A DNA stretch of 64,000 bases, taken from positions 1,612,001 through 1,676,000 of the forward strand of contig ML978126.1 in NCBI GenBank assembly GCA_010015805.1. Direction: 5' to 3'. Of this stretch, positions 11,605-24,335 are shown piece by piece. Below the pieces are notes generated by a model that made no database searches, was not told the origin of the DNA, and saw only the letters and a program-made list of their open reading frames with translations. This DNA comes from Rhizodiscina lignyota. Its lineage: Eukaryota. Made by a program: the position numbers and the translations under genes. Numbering within the stretch: the stretch's first letter is position 1; each line of letters begins with the position of its first letter.

Positions 11605-12686
11605 AGGGCACGGGGTAGAAAGTGACGGAAACAAACTTGTCAGTCAGGAGTTAAGTCTCTTTCTCATATCGACAATCTATGATTAAATATCTCTTATCAC
11701 GATTGTATGGACAATCAATAGAATCATTACTCGCAAGACTCATTAGTTTCGCGCCATGATGAACTTCTCACCCGGCCAACTAATTAGATCAGGCGCTACC
11801 ATAGACTTCACCAAGAGATAATAGGGACTCTAGTACACTAATACCGGTCTAACTCGGCTCTCCCACGGCACGAGCGCACTTTTTATTGTGCGAGGATCGC
11901 TCAGCTGTGAGCCTATGACGCATCAGCGGACAGAATGCCGCCTCCAAGATACGATGGCATTCGGGTTTTCCGAACATGGGACCCTGCCAGTCGGTCTCAT
12001 CGATCCGCAACCTACACGCAACCTACCCCGTGGGGAACTGTTGCGAATTCTTCCATCCCCGCTTCCACGTGCAAATAACGTGCAGCGGATTATTAGGAAA
12101 CATGCAGCGATTCGTGTCGATAGCTGTACCGCAGACCAGGTCACCAGAAACCACGGAAATCGCCCAAAAGCGAAGACAACAATGAAGAGCAAGGAGCGCT
12201 GTGGACGGATAACATGCAAACAAACGCGCCCAGGACAACGGCGTCTATCTTGACCTTCTAGGTACGTCCCTTCATCACCTCCGCCGCATATCGTTAATGC
12301 TGAAATCCCCAGGATCTGCCCTGGGATGGTTTGCCCAGACCGACGATTCATGCAGTCACAATGACCTTATCTCCAAGCTACATCCGCACGCGTCGTATCG
12401 TTTCGGTCTCACTACGCTTCTTAGTCCCTGGGATTTGATAAAATCAGAATATCCACAAACTCCCCGCTATCGTCAAGGATGGCTACACCCGCGAGGACAG
12501 CATGTCACTGTGGTGTTGTTAAGAGCGGGATGCCCAGCGCGGTGCTTTGGATTGAGATCCACGAGCCTGTTCATCGGTAGTTGACCTTGGCCACTTGGTG
12601 CGAACTTCTATCTATTAAGCCTCGCCGCGCACATCCAAGCCAAGCGTTGGGACCTATCGTCAGAAGGGACAGTTTCGGCCGCAAAA

Positions 12687-14380
12687 ATGGGTTTCATTGT
12701 CTTCGATTATCTCGTGAGCCGGGTTACTACCCTCAAACCGAGGATGGAACGGGTTCCCAATCCATTCAAGCTGCTGTCGATGCTGACAAAGAAGGATTGG
12801 ATCTTCTTTGGAGTAAGATGTTCTTCAACGGATCCCTTGCCTCCTTATCATAACAAGATGAACTGACCATGCGCACGTAGGTCGCATTCATGGGCTGGGC
12901 CTGGGACGCGTTTGACTTCTTCACCGTCTCTCTCACCGTTCCCGAGCTAGCGAAACAGTTCGACAAGTCTAATGCCGACATCACCTGGGGAATCAGTCTG
13001 GTCTTGATGCTTCGCTTCGTCGGAGCGACCATCTTTGGCCTCGCATCGGACGCATATGGCCGCAAATGGCCCTTCGTTATCAACTGTGTTATGTTTATCG
13101 CCCTTGAACTTGGCACCGGCTTTGTTCAGACATACAATCAGTTCCTCGGTGTACGCTCACTCTTCGGCATTGCTATGGGCGGCATTTACGGCAACGTTGC
13201 AGCTACCGCTCTCGAAGACCTTCCACACGAGTGTCGCGGCATAATTTCCGGCATCATGCAACAAGGTTATTCCTTTGGATATCTGCTAGCAACTGTGTTT
13301 TCTCGCGCGCTTGTTAATACTACTAGCCATGGTTGGCGTCCGTTATACTGGTTTGGCGCGTGCCCACCGATCATCTTGATTGCCATTCGACTCTGTCTTC
13401 CAGAGACAAACGCATATCAGCAGAGAAAGGCGCTCAGAGAGACTGGAGGAGTAGCGTTCTCATTCGTCAAAGAGATAAAATACAGCATCGTAAACCACTG
13501 GCTGCTCTTTATCTACTTGATTCTTTTCATGTCTGGAATGAATTTCGCCGTAAGTATCCACCAACGCCTCAGAGTAACCGATACGAGCTTCTAAACGCTA
13601 ATATTCCATTGACAGTCTCATGCCTCCCAGGACTTGTATCCGACTATGCTTTCCAATCAATATAACTTCTCACCGAATAGAAGTACTGTTACGCTTGTGG
13701 TTGCAAACCTCGGCGCAATCATTGGCGGCGCCATTTCCGGCTACCTTTCCCAGATCTTCGGTCGTAGGATCGTCATGATGTTCATGTGCGTTGCTGGTGG
13801 CGCAGTTCTCTATCCGTATACATTTGTTACGAACAACGGCATCCTCGCGGCTGCGTTCTTCGAGTATTTCTGCGTGCAGGGCGCGTGGGGTGTCATTCCG
13901 TAAGTCTCTGTCTGCCCGGTGGCCGGAATACATGCTGACTCTAGTGATGACAGCGTGCATTTGAACGAGCTCGCACCACCTGCCCTTCGTACCTTTACCG
14001 TCGGCACATCCTACCAGCTCGGTAATCTCGCTTCGTCCGCATCCGCGACCATCGAGGCCAAGCTCGGCGAACAATTCCCGCTGCCGCCGAAGGGCGATGT
14101 CTCCCGATATCAATACGGCCTCGTCATCTGCATCTTCATGGCTTGCGTAAGTGCCGCTCCTTCTGGTTGGCGAAAAGCCGCTGACATTTCGCAGATCTTC
14201 ACGTACAATTTCATCCTTACATTTCTCGGGCCCGAGGCATACGGCCGTAACTTTGGCATCGAAGACGACGACGAGACGGCTAAGGCTGTCGGCAAATCTG
14301 TTATGGACATCGAGCATAACTCTGATATTGGCGAGGTTGACGAAAAAGGCCAACAAGTGTATCGGACCGAGGTTTTGTAA
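12687..14380 (+). CDS. JEN1: Jen1-like carboxylate/H+ symporter (MFS, SHS family)
   Basis: GWAWDAFDFFTVS, ASDAYGRKWP, SHASQDLYPT, QGAWGVIP-VHLNELAP and YQLGNL motifs. Introns at about 12813-12880, 13549-13615, 13900-13952 and 14147-14194. Confidence 0.9.
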
Positions 14381-14641
14381 GGTAGACAGACAACTGTCTG
14401 TCTTTGATCATAGCACAAGACGTGCTTGTGCCAATCACCAATGTCAGTGGTAATTCTTCGGCAAATAGAATAACTAGATGAGTTACGATACGAAGAATAG
14501 ATTGTTTGCGTTTCTACCGAACAATCAGAAGAGAATCATTCGCGCCGTAAAACGTACCTTCGTGAGAAATCATCCAACCAGCAATCAAAGTAACCGAAGC
14601 AGAGGCATCAGCCACGTGGGTGGAATTAGCAGTTGGAGCAC

Positions 14642-17600
14642 TCATAGTGTAAGGCGTCTTCGAAGCGAAACTGCTCTTCCTGTAGCATTGGATTCGTTCT
14701 GTAACTCCGCGACCTCCCCATTTATTTCTGCAACGAGCTTCTGAGGCTCTGACGATTCTTGTTGCTCTGCCGCAGATTCATAGTCCGAGTCCGAATCCTC
14801 TCCGTCTTGTTGGTTACCATTTTCAGGAAAGTCGGAATTGAAGAGTTCGCGCCGTATGACTTCAATGAAGTTTTCGTCTTCTGTGCAAATGGAGTTGGCT
14901 GCTCGATCAACATATCGAAATATACAGTCCAGGTAGTCTTTTATATGCACAACCCCCCAGCCGGGCATAATTCCAATGTGTCCTTCAAAAACACATTTCC
15001 GACGACCATGCCATCCAAATTCGCGATCGTCAGGCTCCGGTAAGATCTTATCGACTTTCTCCCACCAATCATCTCAGAAGGAATCCAGAGAACCAACATA
15101 TCGTGACCGCTGAAAATCGTAAGCGTCCATTGTCATCTCTAGTTGCTCCTTTAGCTCGGCGTCTTCGTCCTGGAGTTCTTTTCGCGTAGTTTCTGGATGC
15201 CATCTTGGCTCTAACGGGTCGTGTGGAGGACACCTGCAACAGGTATGGGCCATCCCTAACCGATCAGAAACCTCTTCTCTGGTGGCCTCTCGATAGTACT
15301 GTTGCAGCCCGTTTGAAGATTAACGGCAGACTTCACTCCAGTATTCCACAGACTGTCTTCTTCCAAGAGGATTCATGAAGCAGTCTAGGCTCCGATCTTT
15401 CAGATATATGTGAACTGGAAGGCAACCGGTAGTTGAGCAATAACAATCACAATTATCTGTCAAGGATTTGTCCGGGATCGACAATATGATGCTCACAATT
15501 GAGGCTTCGAGGTGCCTGATCGAATTTTGGTGGTATTTGAATAATCCAGCGAGGTAAAACAAGATAGAAGGCCAGAATGGTGACTGTAAAATGATTGAAG
15601 CTCCTCGCAAAGTGAGCCACGAGGCCATGTTAATTGAGTCCACCGGGCCCGCCCATGGCGTCCAGGGGGTCTGCAATTCTCGAATGGATATATGGATTGG
15701 CCGCAAGCCTTCCTCATCCGGCTCGTCAATTTCAGTAAATCCTGCTGTGTATAGCTCGCCCGCGACGGTGTGGGATAACTCTGGCAAATGGTAGATGGTG
15801 CACTGATGGCCAGGCCAGGCGCGCTTCGGAACTTCCACCCCCTTGCTAATTAATTGATCGTAACAAAATCTCGCTCCCTTATCCAGAATAGGGCCTTCTT
15901 TGATGTCGTCACTCATCAATACATTGTGCATAACTGACAGATCTTGAAGCTGATTCCGGCTTTCCTTCAATGCAGCAACTAGATTCCGTACACATGCAGG
16001 TTGGGAAATAGAAAATGGGGATCCGGAGCGATGCGTGAACGACCTGTCAACCCCTTTATGTGAGTTTGTCAAAAACATAGGTGTACTCGACCCGAGGATC
16101 AAGTTGAAGGACATCTCATCTCCCAGTGCTGCTGCCAACCCGAGCCCAGTTCGACCATTAGCACCTGCGTCCAGGAGCATGGTAAGACCATCAGGCCATC
16201 CGAGCGCGCATTCCAGTGGCGTCAATGGCACGTCATATATCTCGTCAGGATTCTCGAAAACAGTGCATAATATATCACCGTCAGGATTCCATCCAGACAT
16301 CAGAAGCTTTTTCAGTTGGACTCCAGAACGATCTAGTGCAGAGACCTCGAGTGGGCCAAGGTCGAATGCTGTACACATTAGTCCGTGTTTTATTGATGAG
16401 CCGCACTCTCACCTTCCTGATAGCCCGGGAATGTCCTGGTGTTTTGGAGGTTCGACGCTCTCCCGGATGGATAGCATATAAATTCAATTGACGGAACCTG
16501 ACATCCGACTTCTGTTAAAGTCCATTCTAGCCTGCATTCATCCACATTAAATTTGTAGCCCATTACATATCCTAAAGCAGTCCAACCATTCCGCTCTGTG
16601 GCTTCCACATCGACACCGTACGCGGCCAATGCACGTATAAGAGGAGCAGGGTCTACTGTCAGTGCTACCATTCTAAGCATACGCATGGTCGCCTAAATGT
16701 AGTCAACGTCGGGAATTTGAGACTCACAAGGGCATCTTACATATAGGAGGCTTTCTCCACTCTCATCTTTAGCTCTGGCGTGGGTGGGATCTTTTTGACA
16801 TAGTTCTCTCACTTTTCAAACAACAAGAGAAGATCTGATTTAAGTTCGGGACGTGGTGTATCCGGAGGCAAATGATGCTGATGTCGGGCTGTGAAAGCGT
16901 CCAAAAGCGCAAATGCTGGCAACGTTGACCTTTTCGCTGTAGGATAGTAACGGACAGATGAACTGAAACTAAACCCTCCGTTTGCATGAGTCGCCATGAA
17001 TACGAATTCGACGGTCTTGGATAAAAGAGGCAGCAACGGAATGCGAAATGTATAAGAGGAACTCCAACCCGACGTGCTGTTCAAGGCGCAGCCAGGTTCA
17101 CGGCGATCACATTGCTTCTGCGTGAAGCACATAATTCGCCGAGCTGGCCTCTTTGATTGCTGGCCCCTGCGCGATCGACAAAGGCACGTTATTTGTTCGG
17201 GCATTCTCTTCCGTCTCAAAGGGTTTGTTCGTATTGCCTCGTCCCAAGATTCAACATGATCGTAGAACTGAGCGAGTGCAGCTGGATTCCGGACGAGACT
17301 TCGGACGGTTTTGTTGACTTCATCTAGAGATGAACTGACAAGTGCCATTTGGCATCTGGAAATTTCGAGGCTCACTTGATGAGCAGTGGTCAGCGCATCA
17401 ATGATGTCTCGCACTTCCTCAACTTTGGTGACAGTCGCATTTCCAAGCCGTTCAGTTTGGCGAGAGCTAGCTTCGAATTTGGTAGCGAAGGCATCCAGCC
17501 GGCTGTCCACGCATTTAACATCTTCTGAGATGTTGAAATTCAGTGTAGCGGTGTTCTGCGCGATGGACTGCAGAGAATTGAGCGGCAGTTTTAACTGGCC

Positions 17601-18290
17601 CACAGATTGCTCGGTATTGTGTTGAAGACGATCGCCCAAAGATGCGATCTGCGCTGATAGCTCGTTGACAGAGGATTCGGTTGTATACCATGCATCTAGT
17701 AGACGGTCAAATCGTGCTCCGGTTTCCGTCCGAAAGGTATCGATATTGGACTCCGTTCTCAGTCCGATTGAGAGAGCTGCATCGTCAATCTTCCGCTCAA
17801 TTGATCGATTCTCGGCCGTGGTTGACGTCTTGAGTCTTGTCGAAACATGTAAGTTCAACCCATTGAGTAGGCCGTTGAGCGACGATTTCAAGTGAGAGAG
17901 TCTGCTGAATGCTTTGGCAATCTCATCCTGCCTCTTGACGCTGACAACATCTCGCCACACCTTCTGCAGTCTGTTATCTTCTGCTTGACCTTCCAATGGT
18001 CTCAATGTCATTTCCAGGTCCTTCGCTAGGTCCGCCGCTTTATCAAGCAGCTGCTTGAGCTTGTCCCATTGCTGTTGATCAATGTTACTAGGATGCAGCC
18101 CAGTGAGGATTTCCCGAAGGGATTCGATCGTGCTGGTCAAGTCTTCGAGGTCGCTGGTCGCATCTGCAACGGTTTGCGGAGCTTTCTTGAGGTTCGATAA
18201 GAACTTTACCGTTGCAAGGCTGGACCTAAATCCTAGATCAGCAAGCTGTGCGGCGGCAGCGACCGCTCCCAGCACGTCAACCCCTGACAT
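14642..18290 (-). pseudogene. HeLo-like N-terminal domain / coiled-coil / ankyrin-like gene, disrupted
   Basis: The start MSGVDVLGAVAAAAQLADLG resembles the fungal HeLo-like N-terminus. Ankyrin-like segments (YGVDVEATERNGWTAL, TPLECALGWPDG) and an LGMAHTCC motif follow. There is an apparent 1-nt frameshift at ~16812 and in-frame stops at 15320-15322 (TAA) and 15074-15076 (TGA), with the frame continuing to 14642. Confidence 0.75.
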
Positions 18291-18870
18291 AGCGGGTGAA
18301 GACGCCCCACTGTCGGGTGTATCAAGCTGGGAGTAACAACTGGAATGAAGTATGAAGGAATTCACAAAGGAAAGAGCAAGGAAAGAAAGCAAATGATAGT
18401 GAAAATAAAAGAGACGAGGCGTCTTCAGCCTGACAGCCTTGCAGTTACTCTACCGGCGTTTGACCATGCATTCTTCGTGCATGGGGACTCTTTGGGAAAC
18501 AGAACAGCCTACACGCTCTGCAGAACTGACCCTCAGGCTCCGAAGGTAGATTGATCCCTTGAGCCTCGAAACTGCTCAGAGGTCTTGTGTGGCTAACGAA
18601 TGCCAGGGATGAGACGAGGTCTTTGTGCAAACCCTAACCCTTTGCGGTTCACTCATCAGCGAGGCAAGTTCAGCCGCGGCCCCGCCATCTCAGCCGAAGC
18701 GTCAGCGAGACCTCGGGACCACTGCAGATCTGGGGTACGTCCGTAAACAACATGCACGCAGCTTTAAATCCCTATTTCCAAGCATTTCCACTATAGACAG
18801 TCTGCTCTATTTCCTCTCCTATCTCTCTACTTGCTCTTGAACCTCACTCTCCTCCGACGTCGCATCCACA

Positions 18871-20122
18871 ATGCCATTCAATACGGCCCTCACCCGCCAA
18901 CTAGGCATTCGAAGTATGTCACGACTGGATTTACCGACGGGTGCCGATATCCATATGCTAACCATCACACAGTCCCCGTGGTTCAGGGTGGAATGCAATG
19001 GGTTGGCTATGCAGAAATGGCCAGCGCCGTCAGCAACGCGGGTGGCTTGGGCATAGTATGTCGACTCTCCATTTGCCATTCGGATGCGCTGCGTCGATGA
19101 AAATGCTGATGAGAGACTTGCTGGATAGATAACAGCCCTCACACAACCAACGCCTGAAGACCTGCGCAAAGAGATCCGGAAATGCAAATCCATGACAAAG
19201 AATCCCTTCGGCGTCAACCTCACCCTCCTCCCTGCCCTCGTTCCACCAGACTACGCCGCATACGCCCAGGTCATCATCGACGAGGGCATAAGGATCGTTG
19301 AGACGGCAGGAAACAGCCCTGGGCCGGTCATCAAGCAGTTCAAGGCGGCCAACTGCACAGTCCTCCACAAGTGCACGACAATCAGGCATGCGCAGAGTGC
19401 AGTCAAGCTTGGCGTTGACTTTTTGTCGATCGATGGCTTCGAGTGCGCGGGCCACGTTGGAGAGACGGACATCACAAACTTCATCCTCCTTTCTCGAGCA
19501 AGGCAGTCGCTGAAGGTACCGTTCATCGCATCTGGTGGCTTCGCTGACGGCCAGGGTCTCGCTGCGGCATTGAGTCTGGGTGCAGATGGTATCAACATGG
19601 GAACGAGGTTCATGTGCACAGTCGAGGCTCCCATCCACCAGAACATCAAGCAGGCAATCGTAGATGCTCAAGAGACAGACACAGAACTTGTGCTCAGAAG
19701 ATGGAGAAATACCAGCAGGTTGTTCGGCAACAAGGTCGCCAAGGAGGCAGTCAAGATCGAGAAGGAGAGCACGTCTGGCAAGTTCGAGGAGGTAGCGCCA
19801 TATGTGAGCGGAAAGAGAGGGCGACAAGTCTTCTTGAATGGCGACAAGGACTATGGTGTAAGTATTCGTCCTCCACTCGCAACAATCATTCCAAAATCCT
19901 CACACCTAGCAGGTCTGGACAGCAGGTCAGGTGATTGGTCTTATCCACGACATCCCAACTTGCGAAGAGCTCGTCAAGCGCATCGAGCGCGAGGCAATCG
20001 ACACGCTGAAGCAGGCACAAACATTGTATATAGAGGAGGGAACGAGTGCACCTGGAACTGTTGGTCCGAAGACGAACAATCCTGGCGCAGAGATCTGGGG
20101 CGTTGGGAGGAGCAAGCTTTGA
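18871..20122 (+). CDS. Nitronate monooxygenase (2-nitropropane dioxygenase family), C-terminal PTS1 SKL
   Basis: PVVQGGMQWVG, PFGVNLTLLP, DGFECAGH, IASGGFADG, GINMGTRF and VWTAGQVIGLI motifs. Three introns, the last at 19858-19912; the spliced product ends GRSKL. Confidence 0.95.
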
Positions 20123-20678
20123 GCTCCTAGCTTTGGTCACTGGTGCATAGAGGATATATGGCATGCAATGTATAATGAGACTCTTCTTTCAGTGGCTTAA
20201 TAATTTCGGTTTTGTAGCCTTCGAAGTTCAAACCCATGACCTCGTAGCTGATTTTGTTCAGGGCGAGCAGAAGCAAACGTGAGAAATCCGGGGCAATTCA
20301 CATCTCGTTAGGTGAACTGTAGGGAAGCTGGATGATACCTGTACAAACAAAGAAATGTCATGTCATCTTTCAGTTCCGCACACTCATGCACCTCGACAAT
20401 AGCATCAATGGCAGCGACTCGCAAACAAAGGTGTCCAAATCCGGAAAACTAACCATCGTCCACCTCAACACAGCATCTCATCCTCATCTACTTTCGCTCG
20501 AGAAAGTATCCTCGAGGCTATTCTACTACATTGTTCAAATCTTCGTGTTCATTTCTAGCAGCCATCCAAATAAGTCCTTCAAAACTCCTCCCAAAACTCG
20601 ATATCCACCTCCCTAGAGGTCAGAATCGAAACCCCTTCGCCGAAATACTTCAACCGAAGCGCCCTCAGCGACCGGACA

Positions 20679-21314
20679 ATGCTCGCTCAACTCGCCGTCA
20701 TCCTCATCGGCTTCCACTATGGCAGCCTCCTCGCATCCATCAGCCGAACAATGCGCGTCAGACCATCAATGCGAGTGATCCCATCAATACGCATCATAGA
20801 ATCTCCATCACCGCCGCCAAAACAATGGCCACACCCCTGCGTCCAATGCCAGCAATGGAACAGAACGACCGAAAGATGGGAAGCCCAGCTCCCCTTCCTC
20901 CCCCTACAAGCGTGCGGCTACGGCGCCGACAACTTCAGCTGGGTGGAATGGTCACGGCCGGACGTCGACGACCCCTTCGACGGCCTGGGCATCAATCGGA
21001 CAAAGAAGCCGCCGAAGAAAGACGAAGTCTACCGGCGCGCGAGGGAGCTGCAGAAGATTTGGGACCCGAATTTCTCGGGCGAGTTTGCGGACAGGAAGAT
21101 GAAGGTGACCACAGGGCTGAATAAGGTGCAGGCTGAGGCGATTCGCGCGAGGATTTATGCGATGGAGGCACAGGCGAGGAAGGTGCTGGAACTGATGGAT
21201 GAGGCGGTTAGGAAGGGTGAGTTGAAGGGCGAGTGGAACTTTAGGATGTGGAGGATGTATACTTGGAGTTGGGCGGCGAGGAATCCGGGTGTAGAGAAGG
21301 AGATTGGTTGGTGA
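20679..21314 (+). CDS. Hypothetical protein
   Basis: 211-aa ORF with a hydrophobic N-terminus and GC-rich third codon positions; no recognisable family. Confidence 0.5.
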   Translation: MLAQLAVILIGFHYGSLLASISRTMRVRPSMRVIPSIRIIESPSPPPKQWPHPCVQCQQWNRTTERWEAQLPFLPLQACGYGADNFSWVEWSRPDVDDPFDGLGINRTKKPPKKDEVYRRARELQKIWDPNFSGEFADRKMKVTTGLNKVQAEAIRARIYAMEAQARKVLELMDEAVRKGELKGEWNFRMWRMYTWSWAARNPGVEKEIGW

Positions 21315-23453
21315 GATATTATTGGAGAGATGTTATTTCTGTTTGTGCTATAGGTCAGTGGAAATATCAACGGCTTCAATTTCATGACGACGAACCAATG
21401 TTGGAACCGTTCTTCTTGCGGCGAGACGGATCGTGGGAATTACCTACTGAACAACTCTGGGAAAGCCATGACATATGGACCTAATGCTCAAAAATGTGTG
21501 GGAGTTGTAGTGGTTCTCTGATTCAAGCCCGAAGATGAAGCTGTGGGTACTTGTATCTTGCACACTGACTGGCACAGAAGACTGGTCTGCTGGAACAAGT
21601 CGATATTGTATTCACGCTCGCGGCTCAGAGCTGCACAGAGGTTTTGAATTGAAGTTTGAATACAGCATACCCTTCAAAACTCGAGGTATTCAGCCATTGT
21701 CCCCTGTTGTTACACCATCTGACCTTTCATTTCAACCGTCTCTCCCTGTCTCAGTTGTTGCCCTTATTGTATTCGAAGCGGGGTTCTTGTCAAATTTGCT
21801 GTAGTGGCTTCTGGAAGGAACTGGATTGCCCTAAGCTGTGCTGCTGTAAGTTGATTGAATCGCCGCTGCATATTCCAAGCTAAATGACCGAATCTTTGCC
21901 TACGTACCTCATTTCTTATGCCTGGGATTCTTCGAGTCGCGTTCCATTCGCGATTTTAAATCCTCCGAGTCGCGTTCCAAGTTTGCTTTCAAGTTCTCCA
22001 GGTAGTGATGCTCGATAGATCCAGGAATAGGAGCACTCATCCTCATCGAGAAATTATGATATGCCTGTAAACCCATCTTCCACGAGAACCATGCTTCATG
22101 TAAACAGCTCAGTCGCCAGACTGGCTCACAAGGCACAAAATTACTGAAACTTTGGCCTTGTTTGATAGAGGATCGGTCCATTGTGCGGCTACACCTGCTT
22201 TGTTCAAGATTGTTTTGGATGTTGTTCTCGGTCGTCTGTATAAAGTCTTATCGTCAAGGAGGCAGGAGAGGAGAATGTACCTAGATTTGACATGGTGAGT
22301 GAGCAGATATCATAATGACTGTGGTGCGAGTGAAAATGCTATGTTACTCACGATGCGAACGTTGTCCCTGGTCGCGAGGTTTGCGCGATTTAACTTGGCT
22401 GTTATGATGAAAGCTTTTCCACTTCCAATCTCTGGCTAGACGTGAAGACTGGAACTTGCATAGCATTGACGAACAGGAAAGATCTTGTGAGAGTCCGCGG
22501 GATTCATTTGTCGCGAGGCTCTGGAGGTGTTGACTAGGGAACAGGCGCTCGACGCTCGACGCTGGTGAAAACTGAAGTCGTAACTATGGATTCTATGCTC
22601 AATTTCAAAGTAAATTACTCACGGATGATTTTGAAGCCAATTCTTGTACTGAGCTGTTGTTAGGCCACAGTCCTTATGTTTGTAAAGGTGCACGCGGCGG
22701 AAAGAGCTTCTATCGGCTGGAGTGAGCTAGTTTAAAGATGTAATCTACAGTTGACTGTACTTTGAAGCATTCGAGACACTCATATATGCATTATCCAGTA
22801 GTGAAGCTCTTGGAATTTAAATAATGAAGCGCAAAGGCTCAAAACGCTTTGTGGGCGCCCTTTTGCAGCCGTCGATTTTCAACACCAAGCTGACCAAAAT
22901 ATTCCAAAGTACCAACCTCCGAAAAGACTTCATTACACATAGAAATTTTGATAATCAGAAGCGCCCTTGCAGGTCTATGAAGGAATAAAGGTGAACTGAT
23001 AGGCATTCGTCTATTTAATAAGAGTCTTACTGCTAAAGCCTAACGCCAGCTGTTCTCAGCTTCAACCGTGATTCCTACCGTAACAACGCGCCCTAGAACA
23101 GCTCTAAAGCTCTCATAATAGTTCATAGCAGCACATGAGACTTATTAAAGACTTCATAATCGGTTCTATGACTAGGTCTACTCTACAATTTGGTATAAAC
23201 TAATGTAACTCAAGTGAGATTACGGCTACAGCGATAACAGCTACCTGCGTAAATGCATTACTCATGTTTCCAACTGCATATGCTCTACATTCAAGTATTG
23301 CCAGTTGCTAAACTTCCTATAATACGACATCTGGGTAGGTAGAGGGCTTGACAAGCTTAAGTATTGTTCAATGTTTAATCATAGTTCTTTGTGCTTTCTT
23401 CGCCATGCCCCTATACAAGACAGAGGAGATAGTGAAAAAGATGAAAGATTGAA

Positions 23454-23641
23454 GAGTCGCGTCAGCCGGAGATAGTGCAATACTGGCGACACTGTGAGAG
23501 ATAACATGCCTAAGGGCAGAGGAGACCTCTCGAGTTCAAAAGATTAGAATAATCAAGATATAAGACCGTAGTCTTGTCACAGAGATTAAACTGAGAAGAA
23601 CAAAATCTTCGTATAATCTAAGCCAAAAGGCAAAGAGACGT
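23454..23641 (-). ncRNA. U2 snRNA variant, copy 2
   Basis: The reverse complement reads ACGTCTCTTTGCCTTTTGGCTTAGATTATACGAAGATTTTGTTCTTCTCAGTTTAATCTCTGTGACAAGACTACGGTCTT..GATTATTCTAATCTTTTGA..GAGAG..TGCC-CTTA-GGCA..CTCTC..GTCGCCAG-TATTGCACTATCT-CCGGCTGAC. A TATA-like run lies at 23678-23687. Confidence 0.88.
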
Positions 23642-24335
23642 GAGGAAGAAAAGAGGAGGAAGGTAGAAGATTGCAGAATATATATATCAATAGGAACGTT
23701 GAGGAACCCCTAGAGGGCCCATAGCATCACCCTAGGAGACTAATAGCATCGGCTTCCAGCGGGGGTTATGGAGCCGCAGCACCTTGCTACACATTGCGTG
23801 CATCCTTCGATTGGCGTGGCTGTCTGCCGTGGCGGTGTCGGGCTAGGAAAGTTCAAATCTGCGCTTCTAAATGTTGAGATGTTGGCAATTATCGTACACA
23901 ACGCAACGCAGTAAAAATTGCAATCATATAGGAAGATTGGCCATAGTCGAAAGTATCTCGCATTAAATTTATAGAAAAAACGAACCACTATATGGGGAGT
24001 AAATGCTCCTGAAGAGAGGACTCTTCGACTCTCCATCGACCACCACACTTCCATTTTAGGCTAGGGATCAACAAGCGGAGGCTGGGGCGGAGCTACCCGC
24101 CGCTTGTGCGCCATTTTAGCTTTGTAGAAGGTCCGATGACACCCGAAATCACCTGTGAAGACACTGAGTGATACTCGCGGTTTCGGCAGACCAGCGTGGA
24201 CGCCCAGAGGGGGACCGGTAATTCGTACTTCCGGACCGAAACCCAAACCTTCACCCGCAGCACCAGTCATCGCCGCAGCTTTCGTCTGGCCTCTAGCCTC
24301 CATCAGAACGCTCATCTGGCCTATTTCCCTGCTCA

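Noticed and set aside
18629..18641. Telomere-like AAACCCTAACCCT
   Set aside because: Only about two units; expected by chance or a promoter motif.
19030..19827. Long antisense ORFs opposite real genes (also 13670-14356, 10705-11346, 51295-52314)
   Set aside because: Shadows of codon bias on the coding strand; no independent motifs.
21500..22400. Possible small multi-exon gene on the minus strand
   Set aside because: Splice-like signals are present but I could not assemble a coherent reading frame or family.
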